Assembly (NCBI GenBank): GCA_016184305.1
Contig: JACPCX010000125.1
Location: 1-46,387, forward strand
Source of the DNA: Candidatus Rokuibacteriota bacterium
GTDB taxonomy: Bacteria > Methylomirabilota > Methylomirabilia > Rokubacteriales > CSP1-6
DNA: 46,387 bases
Direction of reading: 5' to 3'
Shown: positions 1-9,476 of the stretch, piece after piece
How positions within the stretch are numbered: position 1 is the first letter of the stretch
How the letters are laid out: every line of letters begins with the position of its first letter
Program-made: the position numbers and the translations under genes
The notes under the pieces: generated by a model
Databases searched by the model: none
What the model was told of the DNA's origin: nothing
What the model saw: only the letters and a program-made list of their open reading frames with translations

Positions 1-58
1 GCCGGATCGCGCTGGGTCGATCTGTGGCGGCTGTGGGGGACTTTCTACGCCTTCGCGG

Positions 59-943
59 TCACTTCGGGCGGCCGAGCCCCATGAGCGCCATGGCATCGCG
101 CACGGGCTCGTAGTCCCGGTCCTCGGCTTCCGTGAAGCCGTCGATGTCGTAGAGCTGCTTCAGGAGCGCCGCGTGCTCGGGGCCCTTGATGGCCAGGAGC
201 GCGCGCCTGATCCTCGCCACCGCGTCGGCCGGCAAGCCGGGGCGCGCGCAGATGCCGGCCTCCGGGATCTCCGGCGTCTCGGCCACGAAGGACAGCTGGG
301 CGATGAGGGCCGGATCCTTGAGGTGCAGCTCCGGCGCCTTGTCGAAGGAGACGGCCGCGTCCACCCGTCCCGCGAGCACCGAGCGCAACGCCACCTCGTG
401 GGTGCCCGCGAAGAGCGCCTCCTTGAAGAAGGACTTCGGGTCGCGGTCCTTGACGAGCCCCTTCTTCATGAGCAGCACCATGGGATAGATGTAGCCGGAG
501 CTGGAGGCCGGGTCCACGAAGGCCACCGTCTTGCCCCGCAGCTCCTCGAGGCGCTGAATACCGCTGTCCTTGCGCACGTAGAAGCGGGCGGTGTAGGCCA
601 CCTTCCCCTGCCAGATGTCACGCACGAGGATCTGGCAGCCCGCCTCGCGGTTGGCCAGCACGTACCCCACCGGGTGGACGAAGGCGAGGTCCACGCGCCG
701 GCTCCGCAGCGCCTCCACCACCCCCGCGTAATCCGAGGCCACCTGGGCGCGCACGGGTAACCCGGACAGGCGCGTCAGCGTCTTCGCGAAGGCATCGCCG
801 GCTTCCTGGAGGGCGGTCGGATCGCGGGACGGCGTGAGCGCGATGGTCAGGGGCTGTTCCGCGGCCCCCGCCCCCCCGTGCGCGAGCGACACGACAGCCG
901 CCAGGACCCCCCCCAGCACGACACTCACCCTCGACCGCTTCAT
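59..943 (-). CDS. phnD: Phosphate/phosphite/phosphonate ABC transporter substrate-binding protein (PhnD family)
   Basis: Signal peptide MKRSRVSVVLGGVLAAVVSLAHG; motifs DYAGVVEAL, AFVDPASSSGY, GTHE; ATG at 943 overlaps the upstream stop (ATGA). Confidence 0.8.
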   Translation of the reverse strand: MKRSRVSVVLGGVLAAVVSLAHGGAGAAEQPLTIALTPSRDPTALQEAGDAFAKTLTRLSGLPVRAQVASDYAGVVEALRSRRVDLAFVHPVGYVLANREAGCQILVRDIWQGKVAYTARFYVRKDSGIQRLEELRGKTVAFVDPASSSGYIYPMVLLMKKGLVKDRDPKSFFKEALFAGTHEVALRSVLAGRVDAAVSFDKAPELHLKDPALIAQLSFVAETPEIPEAGICARPGLPADAVARIRRALLAIKGPEHAALLKQLYDIDGFTEAEDRDYEPVRDAMALMGLGRPK

Positions 944-2394
944 TCGGGACACCCCAGGCCCGCAGCGGCCTGAAGCGGCCCGGCGTCGTCGTCCCGCCGC
1001 ACGCCCCAACCCGCCAGCCGGGCGAGCAGTGTGTTGCGGTGCACTCCGAGGCTGCGGGCGGCGCGGCTCTGGTTCCCGTTCTCCCGCTCCAGCGCGCGCA
1101 GGATATAGGCCTGCTCGAACCGGTCGCGCGCCTCCTTGAGCGTCAGCGCGGAGGCCGCGACCTCCCCCGGACCGCGGCCGGTCCCGTCGTGGATGGCCAG
1201 ATCCAGCGGCAGGCCGTCGAGCCGGATGACCGGGCGGCGGGCCAGCGCCACGCTCCGCTCGATCACGTTCTCCAGCTCCCGCACATTGCCGGGCCAGTCG
1301 TAGGCCTGAAGCGCAAGCAGCGCGCCGCGCGAGAGACCGCGCACGTCCTTCTTGAACTCGCGGGAGTACTTCTTGACGAAGTGGTCCGCCAGGATGCCGA
1401 TGTCCTCCTTCCGCTGCCGGAGCGGCGGCACGGAGAGCGGCACCACGTTCAGCCGGTAGTACAGGTCCTCGCGGAATTCATGGGCCCGGACGCGCTGCTT
1501 GAGGTCCACGTTGGTGGCGGCGATGATCCGCACATCGACCGGGATCGTGCGCGTGCCGCCAAGGCGCTCGATCTCGCGCTCCTGGAGGGCGCGGAGCAGC
1601 TTGGCCTGCAGCTCCACGCGCAGGCTCCCCACCTCGTCGAGGAAGAGGGTGCCGCCGTGCGCCAGCTCGAACCGGCCCACCTTGCGCGCATGGGCCCCCG
1701 TGAAGGCGCCCTTCTCATGGCCGAACAGCTCGGACTCCAGGAGGGTGTCCGGGATCGCCGCCACGTTCACGGCGACGAGCGGCTGGTCCCGGCGCGGACT
1801 CTGCCGGTGGATGGCCCGCGCCACCAGCTCCTTGCCCGTGCCGGTCTCGGCGGTGATCAGGACCGTGGCATGGGTCTGGGCGACCTGGGTGATGGTCTCG
1901 TAGAGCCGCACCATGGCGGGGTGCCGGCCGACGAGAGCGTCGACGCCGTGGGTCCGATCCAGCTCTTCGCGGAGGTAGCAGACTTCTCGCTCGAGCACCC
2001 GCTGCTGGGCCGCCTGTCGGACGAGCAGCAGGATCTCGTCCACGTCGAAGGGCTTGACGAGGTACTCGTAGGCCCCCGCCTTGATGCACTCCACCGCCGT
2101 CCGGACGTCCGGGACCGCCGTCATCAGGATCACGGGGAGGGAGTCATCGAGCGCCAGGACGCGCGGCAGGACGGCTGGGCCCCGCTCACCCGGGAGCCTC
2201 ACGTCGAGCAGGACCACGTCCACGCGGCGCGACCGGATGATCTGGAGCCCCGCGGCGCCGTCCTCGGCGCCGAGGACCTCGAACTCGTACTTGAGGATCT
2301 CGGCCAGCGACTCACGCACGCCCGGCTCGTCGTCGATGACGAGCACGACGAGGCGAGGCTTGTACACCGCCGCGGGATCGGGCGTGGAGGTCAC
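940..2394 (-). CDS. NtrC-family sigma-54-dependent response regulator (REC-AAA+-HTH)
   Basis: Receiver domain (VIDDE, LLDVRLP), Walker A AETGTGKE, GAFTGA loop, LFLDEVG, WPGNVRELEN, C-terminal Fis-type HTH. Confidence 0.95.
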   Translation of the reverse strand: MTSTPDPAAVYKPRLVVLVIDDEPGVRESLAEILKYEFEVLGAEDGAAGLQIIRSRRVDVVLLDVRLPGERGPAVLPRVLALDDSLPVILMTAVPDVRTAVECIKAGAYEYLVKPFDVDEILLLVRQAAQQRVLEREVCYLREELDRTHGVDALVGRHPAMVRLYETITQVAQTHATVLITAETGTGKELVARAIHRQSPRRDQPLVAVNVAAIPDTLLESELFGHEKGAFTGAHARKVGRFELAHGGTLFLDEVGSLRVELQAKLLRALQEREIERLGGTRTIPVDVRIIAATNVDLKQRVRAHEFREDLYYRLNVVPLSVPPLRQRKEDIGILADHFVKKYSREFKKDVRGLSRGALLALQAYDWPGNVRELENVIERSVALARRPVIRLDGLPLDLAIHDGTGRGPGEVAASALTLKEARDRFEQAYILRALERENGNQSRAARSLGVHRNTLLARLAGWGVRRDDDAGPLQAAAGLGCPE

Positions 2395-3875
2395 GGGCGC
2401 CGGGGGTTCTGGGATTCGGGGGCCTTCAGGACCACGTACTCGTTCCCTCCGCCGCCCCGTTGAACATAGACCGGCACCACGTCCCCCGGTTGAACCGCCG
2501 CCATGATCCGGCGAAACCCCGCCATGTCGATCACCGCCTGGCGGTTCACCTCGAGGATCGCATCCCCGGGGCGGATGCCGGCCTCCGCGCCCGAGCTGGC
2601 CGGCGCCACGGCGGTCACCACCACGCCCGCCCGCGCCGACAGGCTGAAGCGCTCCGCGGCCTCGGCGGTGAGCGGCTCGACGGTGAGACCGAGGCTCTCC
2701 TCTTTCGGGACGGCGGCGGCGAGCGTCTCCTCGGCCGCCTGCTCGCCGATCTTCACGGTGAGCGGCATCGGCTTCCGATCGCGGATCACCGAGAGCCCCG
2801 CAGGGCGCCCGGGCTCCACCGCGGCAACCCGCTTCTGCAGATCGGTCACGTCCTTGATGGGCGCGCCCGCGAACTCCACGATGATGTCGCCCGGCTTCAT
2901 GCCGCCCGCCTCCGCGGGGCTGCCCGCCATGACGTCCGACACGAGGACGCCGTTCGCCTTGGAGAGGCCGAAGCCCGCGGCCAGGTCATCGGTGAGGTCC
3001 TGGATGACGATGCCGAGCCACCCGCGCACCACGCGCCCCCTGGCGATGAGCTGGGCCATGATGTCGCGCGCCATGTTGATCGGGATCGAGAAGCCGATCC
3101 CCTGCCCGGTGGCGACGATGGCCGTGTTGATGCCGATGACGCGGCCCCGCAGGTTCAGCAGTGGCCCCCCGGAGTTCCCGGGGTTGATGGAGGCGTCGGT
3201 CTGGATGAACGCCTCGTAGGTGGCGACGCCGACCCGTGTGCGCCCGGTGGCCGAGACGATCCCCACCGTCACCGTCCGGTCGAGCCCGAAGGGGTTCCCG
3301 ATGGCGATGGCCCATTGCCCGACGCGTAGCGTGTCGGAGTTCCCCAGCGCCGCCACGGGGAGCGAGTCGGTCGGCGCCTCGATCTTGAGCACGGCCAGAT
3401 CGCTCTTCGGATCCCGCCCCACCAGCGTCGCCTTGAACTTGCGGTCGTCGGAGAGGCGCACCTCGATCTCGGCGGCGTTCTCGACCACGTGGTTGTTCGT
3501 GAGGATGTACCCCTGGCGATCCACGATGACGCCGGAGCCGGCGGCGCGTCCCTCGTCTCTGGGCCCGCGGCGGCGGAAGAAGCGGTCGAAGAACTCCGGC
3601 CCGAAGAACTCCTTGAAGCGCTGCTCCATCTCCGGACTCTGGCCGCTCTCCGGGGACTCGGTCTTCCTGGGCTTGACGCTGACGTTCACCACGGACGGCA
3701 TCACGCGATCAGCCACCGCCACGAACGCGTCCTCGAGCGCCTGCAGCACCCGCTCGGGCTCGGCCGGAGGCGCGCCCTTCGGCGCGGGCCCGGTCTGGGC
3801 AGACGCCGCCGCCGACAGCGAGACGGCGACGCACAGGACAACGAGATGCCGCACGGCCAATCGGCGCAGACTCAT
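2391..3875 (-). CDS. HtrA/DegQ-family periplasmic serine protease with two PDZ domains
   Basis: Signal peptide; TNNHVV, DLAVLK and GNSGGPL catalytic triad motifs; two PDZ-like segments. Confidence 0.95.
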   Translation of the reverse strand: MSLRRLAVRHLVVLCVAVSLSAAASAQTGPAPKGAPPAEPERVLQALEDAFVAVADRVMPSVVNVSVKPRKTESPESGQSPEMEQRFKEFFGPEFFDRFFRRRGPRDEGRAAGSGVIVDRQGYILTNNHVVENAAEIEVRLSDDRKFKATLVGRDPKSDLAVLKIEAPTDSLPVAALGNSDTLRVGQWAIAIGNPFGLDRTVTVGIVSATGRTRVGVATYEAFIQTDASINPGNSGGPLLNLRGRVIGINTAIVATGQGIGFSIPINMARDIMAQLIARGRVVRGWLGIVIQDLTDDLAAGFGLSKANGVLVSDVMAGSPAEAGGMKPGDIIVEFAGAPIKDVTDLQKRVAAVEPGRPAGLSVIRDRKPMPLTVKIGEQAAEETLAAAVPKEESLGLTVEPLTAEAAERFSLSARAGVVVTAVAPASSGAEAGIRPGDAILEVNRQAVIDMAGFRRIMAAVQPGDVVPVYVQRGGGGNEYVVLKAPESQNPRRP

Positions 3876-3896
3876 GAGGGGCCTCCGGCGGCCATC

Positions 3897-5327
3897 TTAC
3901 TCCGTGGACGGGGGCGTCGCCAGAGGGGAACGGAGTGTGACTTCCAGGATACACCGCGTGTCAGGCGTCACAGGCGCCGCGCGTCCCCGCCGCAACCCTG
4001 CGACCCAGAGGATCTCGCCGTCGGCCTCGAGCAGCGGGATGCGATCACGGTCCCAGCGGGGAATCCCCGCGTCCACGAGGAGCTCCTTCAGCCGACGCAC
4101 CCCGGGGCCGCCGAAGGGGGCGAACCGATCGCCGGGGCGGCGCCCGCGCACGGTGAGCTCCGCGGGCATTCGGTCCCCATCGAAGGCCACGACGCGCGGA
4201 TCCCGCGGCGGCAGCCACTCGGCCGGACGCGCCAGACGGCGTGACTCGAGCCAGAGCCCCACCTCGGGCAGCGCGAGCGCTCCCGGCGGACGCCAGACGC
4301 GCGGAGAGATGCTGCCGGCCCCGGCGGGTCCGATGCGCAGCCACGCTCCGCTCCGCTCCACCGTCACGCGCCCCAGGCAGATCGCGTGGCGCGGGGGTGA
4401 CGGATCGAGCATCCGCCGGAGCGCAACCTGCGCATGCGCCCGGAGCGGCGCCGCAACACCCAGCCGCAGGAGCCCGCCGCGAAGGACCTCGGCGGCGAGG
4501 TCCTCGGGCAATGCCGCGAGCTCGGCCGCGCGCAGGAGGAGACCCCCGTCGCGCGGCTCGGCCAGCCGGGCGAGCTCGAGGGCGGCGCGCGCCGTGAGCC
4601 TCGAGACGGCCCCGCGGGCGACGGTGGCGGCGCGACACAGGATCTCGACGACATCGGGATCGTAGCGCTCGCGGAGGAACGGCAGCACGTCGTGCCGGAT
4701 CCGGTTCCGCAGGAAGCGGCGATCGCGGTTGCTCCGATCCTCGACCCACGGGAGCCCATGGGCGCGGAGGTGGGCCTCGATCTCCCAGCGACGCGTCTCG
4801 ATCAGCGGCCGGATGTACGGGCCACGCGCCGGGGGAATCCCCGCGAGCCCCCGCGGGCCGGCGCCCTCGAGGAGGCGCATGCAGACCGTCTCGGCCTGAT
4901 CGTCGGCGGTGTGGGCGGTGGCGACCCGCGCGGCGCCGATCTCCCGTGCCCGCGCGGCGAAGGCCGCGTACCGGACACGCCGCGCGGCCGCCTCGAGCCC
5001 GCCCTCGCCCGCCGGATCCCCCGGCATTCCCACGTGAACGCGCTCGACATGCGCGGGAATCGCCCAGCGCCGGCTGAGCTCGAGGACGAAGCGCGCGTCG
5101 GCGTCCGCCTCGGGGCGGAGACCGTGGTGCACGTGGATGACGTGGAGCGACAGGGGGAGCATCGGCGCGAGGAGACGGAGCGCGTGGAGCAGGGCCACCG
5201 AGTCGGCGCCCCCGGACACGGCCACGAGCACCGTGTCGCCGCCCCCGAGGAGACCGTGGCGGCGGATGGTGGCGAGGACGCCGTCCGCGAGGCTAGCTGG
5301 CGACGTCAACCGGTGCGGCCGACCCAC
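3897..5327 (-). CDS. tilS: tRNA(Ile)-lysidine synthetase
   Basis: PP-loop AVSGGADS, HVHHGLR, AHTADDQAET, RPL, RNRIRH; C-terminal GDRF..LKELL..GIPRW.RDRIPLL domain; start approximate. Confidence 0.93.
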   Translation of the reverse strand: MGRPHRLTSPASLADGVLATIRRHGLLGGGDTVLVAVSGGADSVALLHALRLLAPMLPLSLHVIHVHHGLRPEADADARFVLELSRRWAIPAHVERVHVGMPGDPAGEGGLEAAARRVRYAAFAARAREIGAARVATAHTADDQAETVCMRLLEGAGPRGLAGIPPARGPYIRPLIETRRWEIEAHLRAHGLPWVEDRSNRDRRFLRNRIRHDVLPFLRERYDPDVVEILCRAATVARGAVSRLTARAALELARLAEPRDGGLLLRAAELAALPEDLAAEVLRGGLLRLGVAAPLRAHAQVALRRMLDPSPPRHAICLGRVTVERSGAWLRIGPAGAGSISPRVWRPPGALALPEVGLWLESRRLARPAEWLPPRDPRVVAFDGDRMPAELTVRGRRPGDRFAPFGGPGVRRLKELLVDAGIPRWDRDRIPLLEADGEILWVAGLRRGRAAPVTPDTRCILEVTLRSPLATPPSTE

Positions 5328-5989
5328 ACCTCGCCGTCCTCGAAGTGCTCCTTCTTCCAGATCGGCACCGTCTCCTTGAGGGTGTCGATGGCGAAGTGGC
5401 AGGCCTCGAAGGCCTCGCGCCGGTGCGCCGAGGAGACGGCGATGAGCACGCTCGACTCGCCGATCTCGAGCCGGCCCACCCGGTGCACGAGGGCCACCTT
5501 CCGCACACCAGGAAAGCGGGCGCGCACCGCCGCGGCGATCTCGTGCATCTTGGCGGTGGCCATGGCCGCGTGGCCCTCGTACTCGAGGAACTTGACCCGC
5601 CGCCCGCCCGTCTCCTCGCGCACGACACCCGAGAAGAGGACGATGGCGCCCGCGCCCGGGTCCTCCACGGCCTGCGCCATCGCGCGCTCGGAGAGCGGCT
5701 CGGCGGTGACCTCGACGCGGTCCGCGGCCGGCGCCGCCCCGGCCGCGCCGCCGCTCACGGGCGGGAACAGACAGAGCTCCTCGCCGGCATGGAGCGGGCG
5801 GTCGGGGGGGACGTAGTCGTTACCCACGGCGAACAGCGTGAATGGGCGGTACGCCGAGAGCGCCGGGAAGCGGCTCGTCACCGCCTCCCAGGCGGCCTCG
5901 ACCGTGCCGCCCTCCGGCAGATCCAGCTCGACGCGGTCATGCCCCGCTTCCTCACGGTAGCGGGCGAACAACCGCACCTGCACCTTCAT
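5306..5989 (-). CDS. Fused molybdopterin synthase MoaD (sulfur carrier)-MoaE (catalytic subunit)
   Basis: N-terminal MKVQVRLFA...FPPVSGG (MoaD), linker, then GAIVLFSGVVR, LEYE, HRVG, PIWKKE (MoaE). Confidence 0.92.
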   Translation of the reverse strand: MKVQVRLFARYREEAGHDRVELDLPEGGTVEAAWEAVTSRFPALSAYRPFTLFAVGNDYVPPDRPLHAGEELCLFPPVSGGAAGAAPAADRVEVTAEPLSERAMAQAVEDPGAGAIVLFSGVVREETGGRRVKFLEYEGHAAMATAKMHEIAAAVRARFPGVRKVALVHRVGRLEIGESSVLIAVSSAHRREAFEACHFAIDTLKETVPIWKKEHFEDGEVWVGRTG

Positions 5990-6008
5990 GTTGCTGCTGC
6001 CCGAGCGG

Positions 6009-6335
6009 CTAGAACTGGTGCGAGGAACCGCATCCACAGGACGACTTCACGTTGGGGTTGTTGATCGCGAACCCGGCCCCCAGCATGTTGTTGTCCACGT
6101 AGTCGATCTCGCTGCCCGCCAGATACGGCGCGCTCTTGCTGTCCACAAGGACCCTGACCCCATGGGACTCGACGACGCTGTCGTCCTCGCCGGCCGCATC
6201 ATCCCACCCCAACTCGTACGACATGCCCGAGCAGCCGCCGCCGACAACGCGAATGCGCAGGCCCAACTCGGGCTTGCCCTCTTCGAGCCGCAGATCGGCG
6301 ATCTTCTTCGCCGCCATTTCAGTCAGACTGACCAT
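6009..6335 (-). CDS. A-type Fe-S cluster carrier (IscA/ErpA/HesB family)
   Basis: GGGCSG and NPN..SSCGCGSS motifs; GGAGGA RBS before ATG 6335. Confidence 0.93.
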   Translation of the reverse strand: MVSLTEMAAKKIADLRLEEGKPELGLRIRVVGGGCSGMSYELGWDDAAGEDDSVVESHGVRVLVDSKSAPYLAGSEIDYVDNNMLGAGFAINNPNVKSSCGCGSSHQF

Positions 6336-6435
6336 GCAATCCTCCTCGGAATCTCTCGGGGTGACGGTGCTCGCGAACCTGCGTTCAGTATACCAGAGCT
6401 TCCCGAAGCCGAGGCCCGGGGCCTCCCCGGAGGCC

Positions 6436-7113
6436 TCAAAGCACACCCCCCGCCGGCAGCAGGGTGATCTCCTCCAGCGCCGCGTTGGGCGCCTGCGCGG
6501 CCATCAGGAGCGCCGCCTCCGCCACCTGCTCGGGCCGGAGCATCCGGGTCCGGTCCGGAGGGCTCGGCACGGCATCCCAGAGGGCGGTGTCCACCGCCCC
6601 CGCCGACAGCACCCCCACCCGCACCCCGTGGGGGCGCATCTCCTCCGCCAGCACCCGGGCGAGTCCCAGGAGCCCGTACTTCGAGGCCGTGTACGCCGAG
6701 GACCCGGAGAGCGTGCGGCTCGTCACCACGGAGCCGATGACGATGATCGTCCCGCTCCGCTGCGCCATCATGGTGGGCAGCGCCGCCCGGCAGCAGAGGA
6801 AGGGGGCGCGCAGGTTCACCGCCAGCATCTCGTCCCAGGCGGGGGGGTCAGTCTCGACCAGGGGCCCGAACGCGGCCGTGCCGGCGGCGGCCACCAGCAA
6901 ATCGATGCGCCCGTACGCGTCGAGCAACCGCCGGACGAGAGCGGCGACGGCGGCCTCCTGCCCCTCGATCTCTCGCGCCACCGCCTCCAGCTCGGCAGCC
7001 GTGCGCGCCGCGAGCACCACCGTTGCTCCCTCGCGGGCGAAGGCGAGCGCCACGGCGCGGCCAATGCCGCGCCCCGCCCCGGTGACCAGCGCCACCTGGC
7101 CGGCCAGCCTCAC
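6436..7113 (-). CDS. Short-chain dehydrogenase/reductase, probable bacterial sepiapterin-reductase type; apparent in-frame deletion near 6957
   Basis: TGAGRGIG, catalytic [14 protein letters not shown]-terminal EEITLLP.GG; the usual beta-strand/'DV' segment is missing between EIEGQ and EAAVAAL. Confidence 0.8.
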   Translation of the reverse strand: MRLAGQVALVTGAGRGIGRAVALAFAREGATVVLAARTAAELEAVAREIEGQEAAVAALVRRLLDAYGRIDLLVAAAGTAAFGPLVETDPPAWDEMLAVNLRAPFLCCRAALPTMMAQRSGTIIVIGSVVTSRTLSGSSAYTASKYGLLGLARVLAEEMRPHGVRVGVLSAGAVDTALWDAVPSPPDRTRMLRPEQVAEAALLMAAQAPNAALEEITLLPAGGVL

Positions 7114-7138
7114 GCGCGGCCCCGCAAGCCCCGGCCCG

Positions 7139-8645
7139 TCAAATCATGGGCCCGCCGCGCGACTTGATCAGCTCCATGAACTCGGCGCGCGTCTCGGGGC
7201 GGTCGCGGAAGGCCCCGAGCATGGCCGAGGTCACCGCCTTGGAGTTCTGCTTCTCCACCCCGCGCATGACCATGCACATGTGTGAGCCGCTCCTGCACCT
7301 GCAAGCGCCGGCTGAACATCTCCACCAGCCGCGGCATCTTGGAGAGCCCCACGATCTTCTTCGACGGCATGTAAGCGATATGGCACTTGCCAAAAAACGG
7401 GAGCAAATGGTGTTCGCAATTATGAGTGAGGTGGCCGCCGATCAGGAAGGTCGGATAGGGAGCGCAGGTGATGCTGTACACCGTATGGGGCTTCTTGGCG
7501 TTGGGAAGATGCCGCAACTCCACTACCGCGGTGTACGCGCTGTCGAAGGGCACGTAGGACTCGCTCTCCTGACGGAAGCCGTGCCTGCCGTACCAGCCCG
7601 CCTGGTGCCAGCGGTCCGACACGTAGACCCTGAAGCACTGGTTCGCGCCGTTCCGGGTCGTGGCGAGCGGCGTGCCCAGGTACTGGGCGAGGTCCTCCAG
7701 GAAATCCCGGTTCGCGCTGGTTATGAAGCGACCGGAGGAACCGACCGCGTACCCGTCTCCGTCGCAGTACCCGTCGAGGAATCCCTGCATCATCTCCCGG
7801 GAGGAGGTCACGACCCTGGGAAACTTGAAGGACTTCGTCTGGCTCCGGGATCCCGTCTCCGAGACGCCGAGCCAGCGGCACAGCTTCTCTCCGACGTGCC
7901 GCGAGACGACGCGGACACGATACATCGGGACGTCTCTCCGGAGAAAGCTGGATGGCACCGTCACGGGCTCCACGGTGGGCGTCGTGGACGGAAAGGCTTG
8001 AGCGAACAATTCCCGGTACTTCTCGGCGAAGGCGGGGCTCTTGACGGTAAGGCAGACCCGCCGGCCGTCCTGGACGCTGCCGTCTGCCGCCGTCGCGCCG
8101 ATCACGTACCCCAGGGCGTAGCCGGGCTGCGGCTCGTGAATGCCGCGGCAGAGCGAGCGAGGGTTGATCCACTCGACGCGGACCCCCTGCTTCAGGTCTC
8201 CCGCCTCGCACCAGCCGGTCTCCGTCATGACGGGGTGGTCCGGGGTCACCTGGAAGCGGCCGCGCTCGGTCCTGACCTCGACGATGTCCCGGGTCTTCCG
8301 TGAAGTGACAGCCGTGACCCGAGTCTCCTTCAGATATCCGTGATCGACCGTCCACAGGCGGTCCCCGGGCACGACCTCCCGGGCGGGCTTGGCGCCGGCC
8401 ACGGCGTCCACGATCTGCTTGCCCGGAACGCAGAGGGAATAGAAGTCGATGTCCTTGACGACGACCATCTCGTCGTACTCCTCGGTGAAGAGCGCCTCGT
8501 TGAGCACCGCGCGCGCGTCCTGCTGGTAGCCGGAGGTGAGGTACTCCAGGGCCTTCGCCACCCGCGCGGGCGTCTTCTCGAGCCCTTCCCGCTCGGGGTC
8601 CTGCCCCAGCTCCTTCAGCAGATCGCGGATCACCTGCTCGAGCAT
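7139..8645 (-). CDS. folE: GTP cyclohydrolase I interrupted by an intein; frameshifting deletion near 7281 in the C-terminal part
   Basis: [51 protein letters not shown]; the conserved [11 protein letters not shown]...TRAEF tail continues in another frame to the stop at 7139. Confidence 0.93.
7419..8432 (-). mobile_element. Intein (338 aa) with LAGLIDADG homing endonuclease, in folE
   Basis: Starts with Cys (CVPGKQIV); block [18 protein letters not shown]-like [11 protein letters not shown] and [11 protein letters not shown]; ends GGHLTHN followed by Cys+1; removal restores FYSLCEHH. Confidence 0.95.
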
Positions 8646-8649
8646 GCTG

Positions 8650-9066
8650 TCACCTCGTGGTCTCGCCGCGGTACTCGAAGGCGTTGTTGTCCGTCTCGAT
8701 CACCGCGACGCGCGTGAGAGTCGCCGGAGGCAGGGCCGGCTCCAGCCACTGCCAGAAGGCGCGGGCCAGATTCTCGCCGGTGGTGATGACGCCGTCGAGG
8801 GCCGGCACCGTGCCGGACAGGTCATGGTGGTCCACCCGTTCCAGGATCACCCGTTCCACCGCGGTGTCGAGCAGCGCGAGGTCGGCCGCCATGCCCGTCG
8901 TCGGATCGGGGCGTCCCGCCAGCGTCACCTCGACCCGGTAGTTGTGACCGTGCTGCCGGTAGCACTGGCCATAGACCCGCGCGTTCTCGGCGTCCGAGAG
9001 CGCCGGGCTCGCCAGGCGATGCCCGGCGCTGAAGTGGTACAAGCGGGTGAGCCGGAGCGCGCTCAC
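8650..9066 (-). CDS. 6-pyruvoyl-tetrahydropterin/6-carboxytetrahydropterin synthase (PTPS/QueD family), Cys-containing copy
   Basis: [34 protein letters not shown] start overlaps the upstream stop. Confidence 0.88.
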   Translation of the reverse strand: MSALRLTRLYHFSAGHRLASPALSDAENARVYGQCYRQHGHNYRVEVTLAGRPDPTTGMAADLALLDTAVERVILERVDHHDLSGTVPALDGVITTGENLARAFWQWLEPALPPATLTRVAVIETDNNAFEYRGETTR

Positions 9067-9476
9067 GGCCCGAAGTACTCCACGTGGAAGGTGGGGTCCT
9101 CCCAGAGCCGCAGGCCGTGGAGGCGCTCGACGCCCAGCCTGGGGACCAGCAAGTCCCAGATGGCACGGACGAGGTTCTCGGTGGTGGGGATCTGGCGCCG
9201 GGCAAAGAGGGGGTCGGCGCTGAGATCGGCGTGATCGAAGCGCGCCAGGATCGTGCCGCCCACCACGCGCTTGAGCTCGCCGAGGTCCACGACCATCCCG
9301 GTCAGCGGGTCCACGGACCCGCGCAGCGTGACATCGAGCACGTAGTTGTGTCCGTGGGTGACCGTGAGCGGGCCGAACACGCGAGCGTTCTCCTCGGCGC
9401 TCCACTCGTCCCGCCAGTAGCGGTGGGCCGCGGAGAACGTGAACTTGCGCGTCACGTAGAGCAGACCTGGATTCAT
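9063..9476 (-). CDS. PTPS/QueD-family protein, copy lacking the catalytic Cys
   Basis: FSAAHRY, HGHNY, GMVVDL, FDH, PTTENL, LWE; LTVTHGH in place of CxxxHGH. Confidence 0.88.
   Translation of the reverse strand: MNPGLLYVTRKFTFSAAHRYWRDEWSAEENARVFGPLTVTHGHNYVLDVTLRGSVDPLTGMVVDLGELKRVVGGTILARFDHADLSADPLFARRQIPTTENLVRAIWDLLVPRLGVERLHGLRLWEDPTFHVEYFGP

Noticed and set aside
1828..1855. Walker A variant AETGTGKE in the NtrC-type regulator as a sign of inactivity
   Set aside because: Ala is tolerated at the first Walker A position, and GAFTGA, Walker B and the downstream motifs are intact
7139..9476. folE plus queD as a queuosine or 7-deazaguanine DNA-modification cluster
   Set aside because: No queC, queE, queF, tgt or dpdA in the window; the SDR and glycosyltransferase neighbours fit a pterin pathway better, though one copy has a QueD-type motif
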